Shown: positions 1 to 8,166 of the stretch, piece by piece
Numbering within the stretch: position 1 is the first letter of the stretch
Layout: every line of letters begins with the position of its first letter
Assembly: GCA_002372015.1 (NCBI GenBank)
Contig: DFIA01000092.1
Coordinates: forward strand, 15,880 to 79,879
Reading direction: 5' to 3'
Length of the DNA stretch: 64,000 nucleotides
Source: Bacteroidales bacterium UBA3709
GTDB taxonomy: Bacteria > Bacteroidota > Bacteroidia > Bacteroidales > UBA932
The notes under the pieces: generated by a model
Databases searched by the model: none
What the model was told of the DNA's origin: nothing
What the model saw: only the letters and a program-made list of their open reading frames with translations
Made by a program: the position numbers and the translations under genes

Positions 1-47
1 ATTCCAGCTCCGCTAATAAGCTTAGTATCAAACATTTTTTGATATAA

Positions 48-88
48 AGGGGTTGGCCAAAAAGTATTTTGGCCGCCCCTCTTTTCTT
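48..88 (+). terminator. Intrinsic-terminator-like hairpin followed by a T-rich run
   Basis: Inverted repeat AGGGGTTGGCCAAAA / TTTTGGCCGCCCCT at 48-80 (about 14-bp stem, 4-nt loop, one mismatch), followed by CTTTTCTT. It lies upstream of hflX. Confidence 0.45.
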
Positions 89-133
89 GTTCACCTCGCC
101 TTTGGCAAAATAAAGTATTTAAAACAAAAACGT

Positions 134-141
134 TACCTTTG
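134..141 (+). promoter_or_regulatory. Candidate Bacteroidota -7 promoter box (TACCTTTG) for hflX
   Basis: Matches TAnnTTTG, 28 nt upstream of the hflX ATG. Confidence 0.3.
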
Positions 142-169
142 GTGCAAAGTTGATAGCTGTTAAATTTGT

Positions 170-1381
170 ATGGGGAGAGAAAAAGAAGATGCTACGGAAA
201 AAGCCGTACTTATAAGTGCTGTTACTCCAGAAATAACGGAAATACAAGCAAATGAGTATTTAGATGAATTAGAGTTTCTGGCGGCAACTGCTTCCATAGA
301 AGGAGTTAGGCGGTTTATGCAGAGGTTAGACAGGCCGGTTTCAAGCACATACGTGGGCAAGGGAAAGTTGCAGGAAATAAAAGAATACATAGCGGAAAAC
401 GATATACCTCTTGCCGTGTTTGATGATGAGCTTTCTGGTGCACAAGTACGAAATTTAGAAAAAGAGTTGGGTTGCGCTATTTTAGACCGAACCTCTCTTA
501 TTTTGGATATTTTTGCAATGAGAGCCCAAACGGCATACGCAAAAACACAGGTGCAACTTGCAAGATACCAATATATTTTGCCACGCCTAACGGGTATGTG
601 GAGCCATCTTGAAAGACAAAGAGGAGGACGAGGAACAAGAGGGGGTGCCGGAGAGAAGCAGTTGGAAACAGACAAAAGAATTGTAACTGATAAAATAAGC
701 CAACTGAAAGATCTGTTAAAAAAAATAGATCGCCAGATGGCAACTCAAAGGAGCAATAGGGGACAGCTTGTACGAGTTTCGTTAGTGGGATATACTAATG
801 TTGGTAAAAGCACAATTATGAACCTATTGTCTAAAAGTAATGTTTTTGCAGAAAATAAACTCTTTGCTACATTAGATACCACTGTAAGAAAGGTAGTTAT
901 AGATAATACACCTTTTTTGCTCAGCGATACTGTAGGGTTTATACGCAAACTGCCGCATCAATTAGTGGAGTCTTTTAAGAGCACTTTAGACGAAGTAAGA
1001 GAAGCAGATATTCTGCTGCATGTTGTAGATGTTTCTCATCCAAATTTTGAAGATCAAATAAAGGTTGTTAAGAACACCCTTGAAGAAATAGGTGCTTCTT
1101 CAAAGCCTGTCTTTATGGTTTTCAATAAGATAGATGCCTACAAGTTCACTCCTAAAAGCGAATTTGACCTTGGCCCAGATCGCCCTGGAAAAATATCGCT
1201 CAGACAATTGGAAGAATCGTGGATTGCCAAGGAAAACTCCCCGGCCATCTTCATCTCAGCCAAAGAAAAGAAAGGAATAGACAAATTAAGGAACGACCTC
1301 TATAATATGGTTGGCCAAATCATCCGAGGTCGTTACCCTTTTACCGGCTTTTTGTGGCAGAACTTTGAAGAGACTGAATAA
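170..1381 (+). CDS. hflX: GTPase HflX
   Basis: 403 aa. G1 GYTNVGKST, G3 DTVGF followed by IRKLPHQLVESFKSTL (HflX hallmark), and G4 NKID. Confidence 0.9.
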   Translation: MGREKEDATEKAVLISAVTPEITEIQANEYLDELEFLAATASIEGVRRFMQRLDRPVSSTYVGKGKLQEIKEYIAENDIPLAVFDDELSGAQVRNLEKELGCAILDRTSLILDIFAMRAQTAYAKTQVQLARYQYILPRLTGMWSHLERQRGGRGTRGGAGEKQLETDKRIVTDKISQLKDLLKKIDRQMATQRSNRGQLVRVSLVGYTNVGKSTIMNLLSKSNVFAENKLFATLDTTVRKVVIDNTPFLLSDTVGFIRKLPHQLVESFKSTLDEVREADILLHVVDVSHPNFEDQIKVVKNTLEEIGASSKPVFMVFNKIDAYKFTPKSEFDLGPDRPGKISLRQLEESWIAKENSPAIFISAKEKKGIDKLRNDLYNMVGQIIRGRYPFTGFLWQNFEETE

Positions 1382-1383
1382 GT

Positions 1384-2214
1384 CTATTTTTTCAGCCAGC
1401 CTTTCAAAAATTCACGGTTAAGCCTTGCTATATGAGTGATAGACACTCGTTTAGGGCATTCCATTTCGCATGCTCTTGTATTTGTGCAAGCCCCAAAACC
1501 GAGTTCATCCATTTTAGCTATCATATCCATAGCTCTTTTGGTGCTTTCTATCTTACCCTGAGGAAGCAGGGCTAAAGAACTAACTCTTGCTCCGATAAAC
1601 AACATAGCAGAACCATTCTTGCAAGTAGCAACACAGGCTCCACAGCCGATACAAGAAGCGGCATCCATACTTTCGTCTGCCTTTTCTTTAGAAATCAGTA
1701 TGCTGTTGGCATCTTGTGCACTGCCGGTTCTAACATCCACAAAACCACCGGCTTGCATTATCTTATCCAGAGCACTCCTATCAACAACCAAGTCTTTAAC
1801 TACCGGAAAAGCGGCACTCCTCCAAGGCTCTATAGTTATAGTACTGCCATCTTTAAACTTACGCATAAAAAGCTGGCAAGTGGTAACTTCGTTCTCGGGA
1901 CCATGCGCACGACCATTGATATACAAAGAACATGCACCACATATTCCCTCTCTACAGTCATGATCAAAACTCACAGGAAGTGCCTTGCCCTCTGCTTTAG
2001 CCCTTTTCAGTTTTTCTCCAGAACAAACCTCGCCGTTTTCACAACCTTTGCTGAATGCTATAGGGTCTGAGTTCTGATGAACAAGCTGATCGTTGAGAAT
2101 ATCTAACATTTCCAGAAAAGAAGAATCCGGACTTATGTTATCTACCGTGTAAGTCTCAAAATGCCCTTTTGTTTTGGCATTTTTCTGTCTCCAAACTTTT
2201 ATCTTGAATTTCAT
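1384..2214 (-). CDS. frdB: Fumarate reductase/succinate dehydrogenase iron-sulfur subunit
   Basis: 276 aa. 2Fe-2S motif DHDCREGICGACS...TCQ, cluster motifs CIGCGACVATC and CTNTRACEMECP. Located 3 nt downstream of frdA. Confidence 0.9.
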   Translation of the reverse strand: MKFKIKVWRQKNAKTKGHFETYTVDNISPDSSFLEMLDILNDQLVHQNSDPIAFSKGCENGEVCSGEKLKRAKAEGKALPVSFDHDCREGICGACSLYINGRAHGPENEVTTCQLFMRKFKDGSTITIEPWRSAAFPVVKDLVVDRSALDKIMQAGGFVDVRTGSAQDANSILISKEKADESMDAASCIGCGACVATCKNGSAMLFIGARVSSLALLPQGKIESTKRAMDMIAKMDELGFGACTNTRACEMECPKRVSITHIARLNREFLKGWLKK

Positions 2215-2217
2215 AGA

Positions 2218-4167
2218 CTAGTCTTTATAATTTCTGGTTGCTACTTTTATTCCTTCATAAACAAGAGGTTCTTTGTGAAGTTCGGGCTCTGTGTTCTCTC
2301 CTTTGTATTCCCAGGCAGAAACATACATAAAGTTCTCATCGTCTCGTTTTGCCTCACCTTCTTCGGTTTGCATTTCTTCCCTAAAGTGGCCTCCGCAACT
2401 TTCTTTTCTGTTAAGAGCATCGCGAGCCATAAGTTCTCCTATTTCAAAAAAGTCTGCAAGCCTCATAGCCTTTTCAAGTTCTTGGTTAAATTCTCCGTTT
2501 TCTCCACACACATAAACATCTTTCCAGAATTCTTCCTTGAGCCTCTTTATTTCAACTATTGCCTTCTTTAAGCCTTCTTCTGTACGTCCCATTCCTACAT
2601 ATTCCCACATTACATTTCCGAGCTCTTTGTGAATTTCGTCTGGAGATTTCTTTCCTTTTACAGCAAATAATTTAGCAATACGTTCTTTTACAGCCTTTTC
2701 TGCCTGTTCAAATTCCGGAGCCGATGTATCTGTCTTAGGTTCTTGTATTTTGTTTGCCAGATAACCTCCTATTGTATAAGGGAGAATGAAATAACCGTCT
2801 GCAAGTCCTTGCATCAGAGCAGATGCTCCCAGACGATTTCCTCCATGATCTGAGAAATTGGCCTCGCCTATGGCAAACAAACCAGGAATGGTTGTCTGAA
2901 GGTCGTAATCAACCCATAAACCTCCCATTGTATAGTGGATGGCCGGATATATCATCATAGGCTCTTTATAAGCATCCACATCTGTTATTTCTTCATACAT
3001 CTGGAACAGATTACCATATCTTTCGCGTATTGTATCTTCTCCCAAACGCTCTATGGCTGTCTTGAAATCGAGAAATACGGCTTTTCCGGTTTCGTTAACA
3101 CCAAAACCTGCATCGCAACGCTCTTTGGCGGCACGAGAGGCTATATCTCTTGGCACAAGATTTCCAAATGCAGGATACCTTCTTTCCAAATAGTAATCTC
3201 TGTCTTCTTCTGGTATTTGAGATGCTTTGATTTCTCCCTTACGAAGCTTCATTACATCTTCCTTCTTCTTTGGAACCCAAATTCTTCCGTCGTTTCTTAA
3301 AGACTCACTCATAAGAGTAAGTTTACTTTGCTGTGTTCCATGAACAGGTATGCAAGTAGGATGAATTTGTGCAAAACAAGGATTTCCAAAATAAGCTCCT
3401 TTTTTATAGCACTGCCATGCTGCCGAACCGTTTGAGTTCATGGCATTTGTAGATAGAAAATAAACATTTCCGTAGCCTCCTGTGGCTATAACAACCGCAT
3501 GAGCTCCAAATCTTTCTATTTCTCCTGTGGCTATATTACGAGCTATAATTCCTTTAGCCTGGCCGTTTATAAGAACCAAGTCTAACATTTCGTAACGAGG
3601 ATAACTTTTAACGCTCCCTTTTTTAATTTCTTTATTTAAAGAAGCATAGGCACCAAGCAAAAGCTGTTGGCCGGTTTGCCCTCTGGCATAGAAAGTACGG
3701 CTCACCTGTGCACCTCCAAAAGAACGGTTTGCCAATAATCCTCCGTATTCGCGAGCAAAAGGTACACCCTGCGCCACACAGTGATCTATAATGAGATTAC
3801 TCACTTCTGCTAAACGATAAACATTGGCTTCGCGGCTGCGGAAATCACCTCCCTTTACTGTATCTACAAACAAACGGTAGATAGAATCGTTATCGTTTTG
3901 GTAGTTTTTTGCAGCATTGATTCCACCTTGGGCGGCTATAGAGTGCGCCCTTCTTGGAGAATCGCTGATACAGAAGATTTTTACATTGTAACCCATTTCT
4001 CCCAAAGACGCCGCAGCAGAAGCTCCGGCAAGTCCTGTTCCAACAACAATAACCTCTAGTTTTCTTTTGTTTGCCGGACTCACCACTTTTATTTCTGCCT
4101 TACGCTTCTTCCATTTCTCAGATAGAGGACCGTCCGGTATCTGGGATTTAAGTTTTGTATCTGACAT
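2218..4167 (-). CDS. frdA: Fumarate reductase/succinate dehydrogenase flavoprotein subunit
   Basis: 649 aa. FAD dinucleotide fold [12 protein letters not shown], covalent-FAD histidine context [15 protein letters not shown], and a C-terminal helical domain. Confidence 0.92.
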   Translation of the reverse strand: MSDTKLKSQIPDGPLSEKWKKRKAEIKVVSPANKRKLEVIVVGTGLAGASAAASLGEMGYNVKIFCISDSPRRAHSIAAQGGINAAKNYQNDNDSIYRLFVDTVKGGDFRSREANVYRLAEVSNLIIDHCVAQGVPFAREYGGLLANRSFGGAQVSRTFYARGQTGQQLLLGAYASLNKEIKKGSVKSYPRYEMLDLVLINGQAKGIIARNIATGEIERFGAHAVVIATGGYGNVYFLSTNAMNSNGSAAWQCYKKGAYFGNPCFAQIHPTCIPVHGTQQSKLTLMSESLRNDGRIWVPKKKEDVMKLRKGEIKASQIPEEDRDYYLERRYPAFGNLVPRDIASRAAKERCDAGFGVNETGKAVFLDFKTAIERLGEDTIRERYGNLFQMYEEITDVDAYKEPMMIYPAIHYTMGGLWVDYDLQTTIPGLFAIGEANFSDHGGNRLGASALMQGLADGYFILPYTIGGYLANKIQEPKTDTSAPEFEQAEKAVKERIAKLFAVKGKKSPDEIHKELGNVMWEYVGMGRTEEGLKKAIVEIKRLKEEFWKDVYVCGENGEFNQELEKAMRLADFFEIGELMARDALNRKESCGGHFREEMQTEEGEAKRDDENFMYVSAWEYKGENTEPELHKEPLVYEGIKVATRNYKD

Positions 4168-4309
4168 TTGAGTAGTATTAAGTATTAATGTTAGGAAAAT
4201 CTCCTACAAGTTTAACCACTTTTTCCGTTATTTCAAAAAGATTAAATTACTATATTTGTTCTTGTTGTCTTTTGGATGTATTTTACCTTACGTCTAAACT
4301 TGGAGTGTT

Positions 4310-4317
4310 TATATTTG
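4310..4317 (+). promoter_or_regulatory. Candidate -7 promoter box (TATATTTG)
   Basis: Matches TAnnTTTG, 22 nt upstream of the ATG at 4340. A second copy lies at 4251-4258. Confidence 0.4.
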
Positions 4318-4339
4318 AGTGTTAATAAATATATGCTTT

Positions 4340-4930
4340 ATGAAAAAATTTTGGGCTATTATTACAACTGTTTTTCTTGCTATTATCTTAATAAGTTCTC
4401 CGGCAGAAGCACAAAAAAAGAAAGAAACCGGTAAAGAAAGAAGAGCAAGAATTGCCAAAATGGTACAAGACGGTGCTGCAGGAAGAGATTTCTTTATTGC
4501 GATAGGAAGATTTTTTCCAAAAAGCGGTACGGCGCAACACATAAGTTATAGCACAGATGGTTATTTTATAGATGTTCAGAATGATCGTATCTCTTGTAAC
4601 CTCCCGTATGTAGGACAAGCTGAAAGAAGTTCCAACACCCCATACAATTTAAGTAATACAAATATAAATATTTGTGCTGATAATCAAATTATTACCTTGT
4701 TTGGAGGCTGGCAGGAAAAAGAGAAAAGCTACATTTTCAGAACTATATTTTGGAATAACGATGACGACACAGGCAATGAGGCTATTCAGGTTATATTAAC
4801 CGTACAACTATATACATCCGGAAAAGCCTATGCACAGGTAGAAATTCAGGGTATGGAACTTATTTCCTATGAAGGTGAAATTGAACCAAGGCCTGAAAAA
4901 AAGCAGATTCATCGCCCTAACGAAGACTAA
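4340..4930 (+). CDS. Secreted hypothetical protein (possibly DUF4251-like), paralog 1
   Basis: Start moved to ATG 4340 (MKKFWAIITTVFLAIILISSPAEA signal peptide). Clear homology to the next ORF (IPKS...DGYF...L.C.LP..G..., both ending RPEKK). Confidence 0.6.
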   Translation: MKKFWAIITTVFLAIILISSPAEAQKKKETGKERRARIAKMVQDGAAGRDFFIAIGRFFPKSGTAQHISYSTDGYFIDVQNDRISCNLPYVGQAERSSNTPYNLSNTNINICADNQIITLFGGWQEKEKSYIFRTIFWNNDDDTGNEAIQVILTVQLYTSGKAYAQVEIQGMELISYEGEIEPRPEKKQIHRPNED

Positions 4931-4951
4931 CAACATAAATACTATCGTATT

Positions 4952-5476
4952 ATGAAAACAACTATTGTTAAGCTTTTTGTTGCAATTTTTGCTTTTGCAG
5001 CACTTTGTTCTTGCGGAACATCTGCAAATTCTACTCAGAAAGATCAACCACAGCAAAATGTAGTTGAAAGTCTCGATAGCTTAGATATTTACATTGTTAT
5101 AAACAGAATTATTCCTAAATCTATGCCTCCAAGAGAGTCTATGGACGGATATTTTCTCTCTATCAAAGATGGTGTCTTAACATGCTATCTCCCTTTTATA
5201 GGCTCTGCCCATGGCTCATTTTTGAATAGCAACGAAATTGCCATAGATGTTGAGAATACTCCTGTTGATGTAAAGGTTACAAAGAATCCTCCTAAGAGAA
5301 ACAGCTATGCCGTACTGGAATTTTCTGCGCCAAGCAAATACAAATCAGAAGTATTTGTTTTTACTGTAGAAATATATGGCAACGGCAACGCACGCCTAAG
5401 TGTTGAAAGTATCCAAAGAGACTTTATCAACTATTCCGGCAGCTTAGAAAAACGTCCTGAAAAGAAGACTAAATAA
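4952..5476 (+). CDS. Lipoprotein/secreted hypothetical protein (possibly DUF4251-like), paralog 2
   Basis: 174 aa. Signal peptide with a Cys (FAALCSCG). Tandem paralog of 4340-4930. Confidence 0.6.
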   Translation: MKTTIVKLFVAIFAFAALCSCGTSANSTQKDQPQQNVVESLDSLDIYIVINRIIPKSMPPRESMDGYFLSIKDGVLTCYLPFIGSAHGSFLNSNEIAIDVENTPVDVKVTKNPPKRNSYAVLEFSAPSKYKSEVFVFTVEIYGNGNARLSVESIQRDFINYSGSLEKRPEKKTK

Positions 5477-6709
5477 TTACTGCGTCAAGCTCTTATATGC
5501 AGATATCAGAAGATTGTTTATGTCTTCTGTAAAACTGCGTATATCCTTGCTGTCTAATTTTCCCTGCCGTAATAATTCTATTACCGGAGTGGCCTTTTCA
5601 AAAACCTGTTTCTGAAAAGGAGCTAGTTGTTGTGCAAAACCGTTTCCTTCTGAATTGTAAAGCTTTACAAAATAAAGATATTTATTACCACTGCCTCTTG
5701 TTATAGGGAAAATGTGCTTCTTTAACTCAAGAACATAATCGCACACAATACTATTGTTCTTATTGGTTGTTGACGATCCCTTTAATAAACTATATGGCAT
5801 TATTTCAGGATCAATCATAAATATAGGAACTATTATAGCTAATGGACCATATCCAATTCCACTCCAGAAAATAGTATTTCTTACATCTTCTCCTTTCTTT
5901 ACTCCTTGGAATATAGAAACTGCACTTGTAGATTTTCTGGATATAAAGTCTTGATCCATAAACCATCCGTCTGTTTTATCTGTTAAGTTGGAAGTTCTTA
6001 AATCTGTTTTAAGAACAGAATGATAGAAAGATCTTGAAAGATTTTCAGCAACCCATTCGGCAGAAAATTTAACACCTTCTCTATAAGCTTGCTCTACTAT
6101 ATCTGTAGCACTTTGCCACCTTATATATCCCAAGCCCTCATCTTTTCTTCCACTACGAGAATAATTTGTCCAAATAAGATATCCATCTGGTGCTATGGAT
6201 GTGTCATTTGCATCGTATTTTTTCCACGTTCTTGTATTTACCTCATAATAAGCTGCTCCACCTTCTGCATCTATAACTCCAAAATTAGCTTCAACAGCAA
6301 GGGGCTTCTTAATAGTATCGAGAAAATTTTCAAAATCTTTAAGAGTGCGGCATACGCCAAGTGCCTTATACATTACAACTCCTTCTGCATCCTGATAATC
6401 TTTTTCTGCAGCAATAGCTAAATTATAAGAAGCTGTATTCATTATACAAAAGCCTGCTTCATTACTACCAGCCCAAACCTCTCCTTCTTTTGATGGAGAA
6501 TTTACAAGACCTGTAAAACAATACCTTTTACCTTTAAAATATTGCATACGGTTATTAAGTTCTCCCGTATCTCTGTTTTTCCACATTAAAGGCCGTCCGT
6601 CTTTTGTGCACTTTCCGGTAAATATTGCTGATGTACAAGCATATACATCTATAGATAATATAGAAATCAATACTAATATAAGAACTTTTGTTTTAGAGAA
6701 AAGCTGCAT
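5477..6709 (-). CDS. Secreted N-terminal-nucleophile (Ntn) cysteine hydrolase, C45/C69/choloylglycine-hydrolase-like
   Basis: 410 aa. A signal peptide is followed directly by CTSAIFTG...GRPLMWKNRD, the typical Cys-nucleophile N-terminus of Ntn amidohydrolases. The exact family is not resolved. Confidence 0.55.
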   Translation of the reverse strand: MQLFSKTKVLILVLISILSIDVYACTSAIFTGKCTKDGRPLMWKNRDTGELNNRMQYFKGKRYCFTGLVNSPSKEGEVWAGSNEAGFCIMNTASYNLAIAAEKDYQDAEGVVMYKALGVCRTLKDFENFLDTIKKPLAVEANFGVIDAEGGAAYYEVNTRTWKKYDANDTSIAPDGYLIWTNYSRSGRKDEGLGYIRWQSATDIVEQAYREGVKFSAEWVAENLSRSFYHSVLKTDLRTSNLTDKTDGWFMDQDFISRKSTSAVSIFQGVKKGEDVRNTIFWSGIGYGPLAIIVPIFMIDPEIMPYSLLKGSSTTNKNNSIVCDYVLELKKHIFPITRGSGNKYLYFVKLYNSEGNGFAQQLAPFQKQVFEKATPVIELLRQGKLDSKDIRSFTEDINNLLISAYKSLTQ

Positions 6710-6750
6710 AAAATAAACCTTATTTATAATAGATATTTTGTATTTATATG

Positions 6751-7788
6751 TTAAAACAATGATAGATCGTTTTTATATTTAGATATTCCAAGATGTTTAT
6801 AGCTCATATCGGTAACTTCTCTTCCACGAGGTGTACGGCGGATAAAACCTTCCTGAATTAAGAATGGCTCATAAACTTCCTCTATAGTTCCAGCATCTTC
6901 TCCAACTGCAGTTGCAATTGTTGTAAGTCCTACTGGTCCTCCTTTAAATTTGGATATTATTGTGGAAAGAATTTTATTATCCATCATATCAAGCCCACGT
7001 TTATCTATATTCAATGCGTCTAAGGAGTATTTTGTAATGGCTATATCTACCTCACCGTTTCCTTTAACTTGTGCAAAATCTCTTACACGCCTCAGCAAAG
7101 AATTTGCAATACGAGGGGTTCCTCTACTACGACATGCTATTTCTTTAGCTGCTAAATCGTCTATATCTATATCTAATATACGTGCAGATCTTCGTATTAT
7201 TTTTTGAAGAGTTTCGTTATTATAATATTCTAAATGACAATTTATTCCAAATCTTGCCCTAAGAGGAGAAGAAAGTAATCCGCTTCTTGTGGTAGCACCT
7301 ACTAAAGTAAACGGATTTAATGTAATTTGTACACTTCTTGCGCCAGGCCCCTTATCTATCATTATATCTATACGAAAATCTTCCATTGCAGAATACAAAT
7401 ACTCTTCTACAATTTTAGGTAAACGATGAATTTCGTCTATAAAAAGTACATCTCCTGTTTCTAACGAAGTAAGCAAGCCTGCAAGATCGCCAGGTTTATC
7501 TAAAATAGGGCCAGAAGTAACTTTCATATCAACCCCCATTTCATTAGCTATAATATTAGCTAAAGTTGTCTTTCCAAGCCCAGGGGGCCCGAACAACAGA
7601 GTGTGATCTAAAGATTCTCCACGCATTTTGGCTGCCTTTACAAAAACCTTTAGATTTTCTACAACCTTATCCTGTCCTGAAAAATCTTGAAACTCCTTTG
7701 GTCTGACCAAAGTTTCTACTTCTCTTTCGGTGGATGGCTCTATATCTCTTGGGTTAAATTTGTCTATTTTGTTATCGTCCGACACCAT
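6751..7788 (-). CDS. ruvB: Holliday junction branch migration ATPase RuvB
   Basis: Walker [10 protein letters not shown], Walker B FIDEIHR, and [16 protein letters not shown]. Start set at MVSDD (7788) because a -7 box lies at 7796-7803. Confidence 0.92.
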   Translation of the reverse strand: MVSDDNKIDKFNPRDIEPSTEREVETLVRPKEFQDFSGQDKVVENLKVFVKAAKMRGESLDHTLLFGPPGLGKTTLANIIANEMGVDMKVTSGPILDKPGDLAGLLTSLETGDVLFIDEIHRLPKIVEEYLYSAMEDFRIDIMIDKGPGARSVQITLNPFTLVGATTRSGLLSSPLRARFGINCHLEYYNNETLQKIIRRSARILDIDIDDLAAKEIACRSRGTPRIANSLLRRVRDFAQVKGNGEVDIAITKYSLDALNIDKRGLDMMDNKILSTIISKFKGGPVGLTTIATAVGEDAGTIEEVYEPFLIQEGFIRRTPRGREVTDMSYKHLGISKYKNDLSLF

Positions 7789-7795
7789 ACATTCA

Positions 7796-7803
7796 CAAAT
7801 ATA
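7796..7803 (-). promoter_or_regulatory. Candidate -7 promoter box for ruvB (TATATTTG on minus strand)
   Basis: Plus strand reads CAAATATA. Only 7 nt separate it from the ATG at 7788. Confidence 0.45.
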
Positions 7804-8148
7804 AAACAAAATAACTATGACTTATTATTTTAATATGAATAAATTTTAATAAAAAAATAAATAGTTATAATACTGTGTTGATAATGTTAAAAACAAGAAA
7901 AAACGCTATTCTAATACATTCTACATGGGTTTCAATAAATAAAAGTTGTTTATAAATCTTAGAATTAAACCATAGATTTTTTGTCAATATCTAACAGTAT
8001 TTTTTTAGAACATTTTGTAAAAAAGTTATCAACAATAATACTAACAGGTTTTCCGACATTAATAAAATAATCTGCACTAAAAACAATTCTAAAGCTAAAT
8101 TTAATCAAATAAAAAAACTACATCTGAGAATTATTTAAAAACAGATTT

Positions 8149-8156
8149 TAAATTTG
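8149..8156 (+). promoter_or_regulatory. Candidate -7 promoter box for mfd (TAAATTTG)
   Basis: Matches TAnnTTTG, 10 nt upstream of ATG 8167. Confidence 0.45.
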
Positions 8157-8166
8157 CAAGTTCAAT

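Noticed and set aside
161-168. Second TAAATTTG box just before the hflX ATG.
   Set aside because: Its last base is 1 nt from the ATG, so transcription would start inside the coding sequence. The box at 134-141 is the more plausible promoter.
4309-4618. Hydrophobic minus-strand ORFs (77 and 76 aa) upstream of frdA as a possible remnant of the frdC cytochrome b gene.
   Set aside because: They are antisense to the signal-peptide region of a better-supported plus-strand gene. They are far shorter than a cytochrome b anchor of about 230 aa, and I could not see a haem-ligand His pattern.
7789-7809. Longer ORF-track starts: ruvB 7809, TPR protein 13513 (TTG), thyA 21265 (TTG), NSS 22666 (TTG), mutS 29280, Spy-like 46910, transketolase 49914, TPR protein 58444.
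   Set aside because: The downstream ATGs give canonical N-termini or signal peptides. In several cases the extension lies upstream of or across a TAnnTTTG -7 box.
8121-8130. CTGAGA motif upstream of mfd as a possible TPP riboswitch core.
   Set aside because: None of the surrounding conserved riboswitch helices or sequence is present, and mfd is not a thiamine-related gene.
7810-8148. A 340-bp very AT-rich divergent intergenic region between ruvB and mfd, with a 9-bp inverted repeat (TGTTGATAA / TTATCAACA) about 140 nt apart, as a possible ncRNA or origin-like element.
   Set aside because: I could not identify DnaA-box clusters, stable structure or terminators. A single short inverted repeat at that distance is expected by chance in AT-rich DNA.
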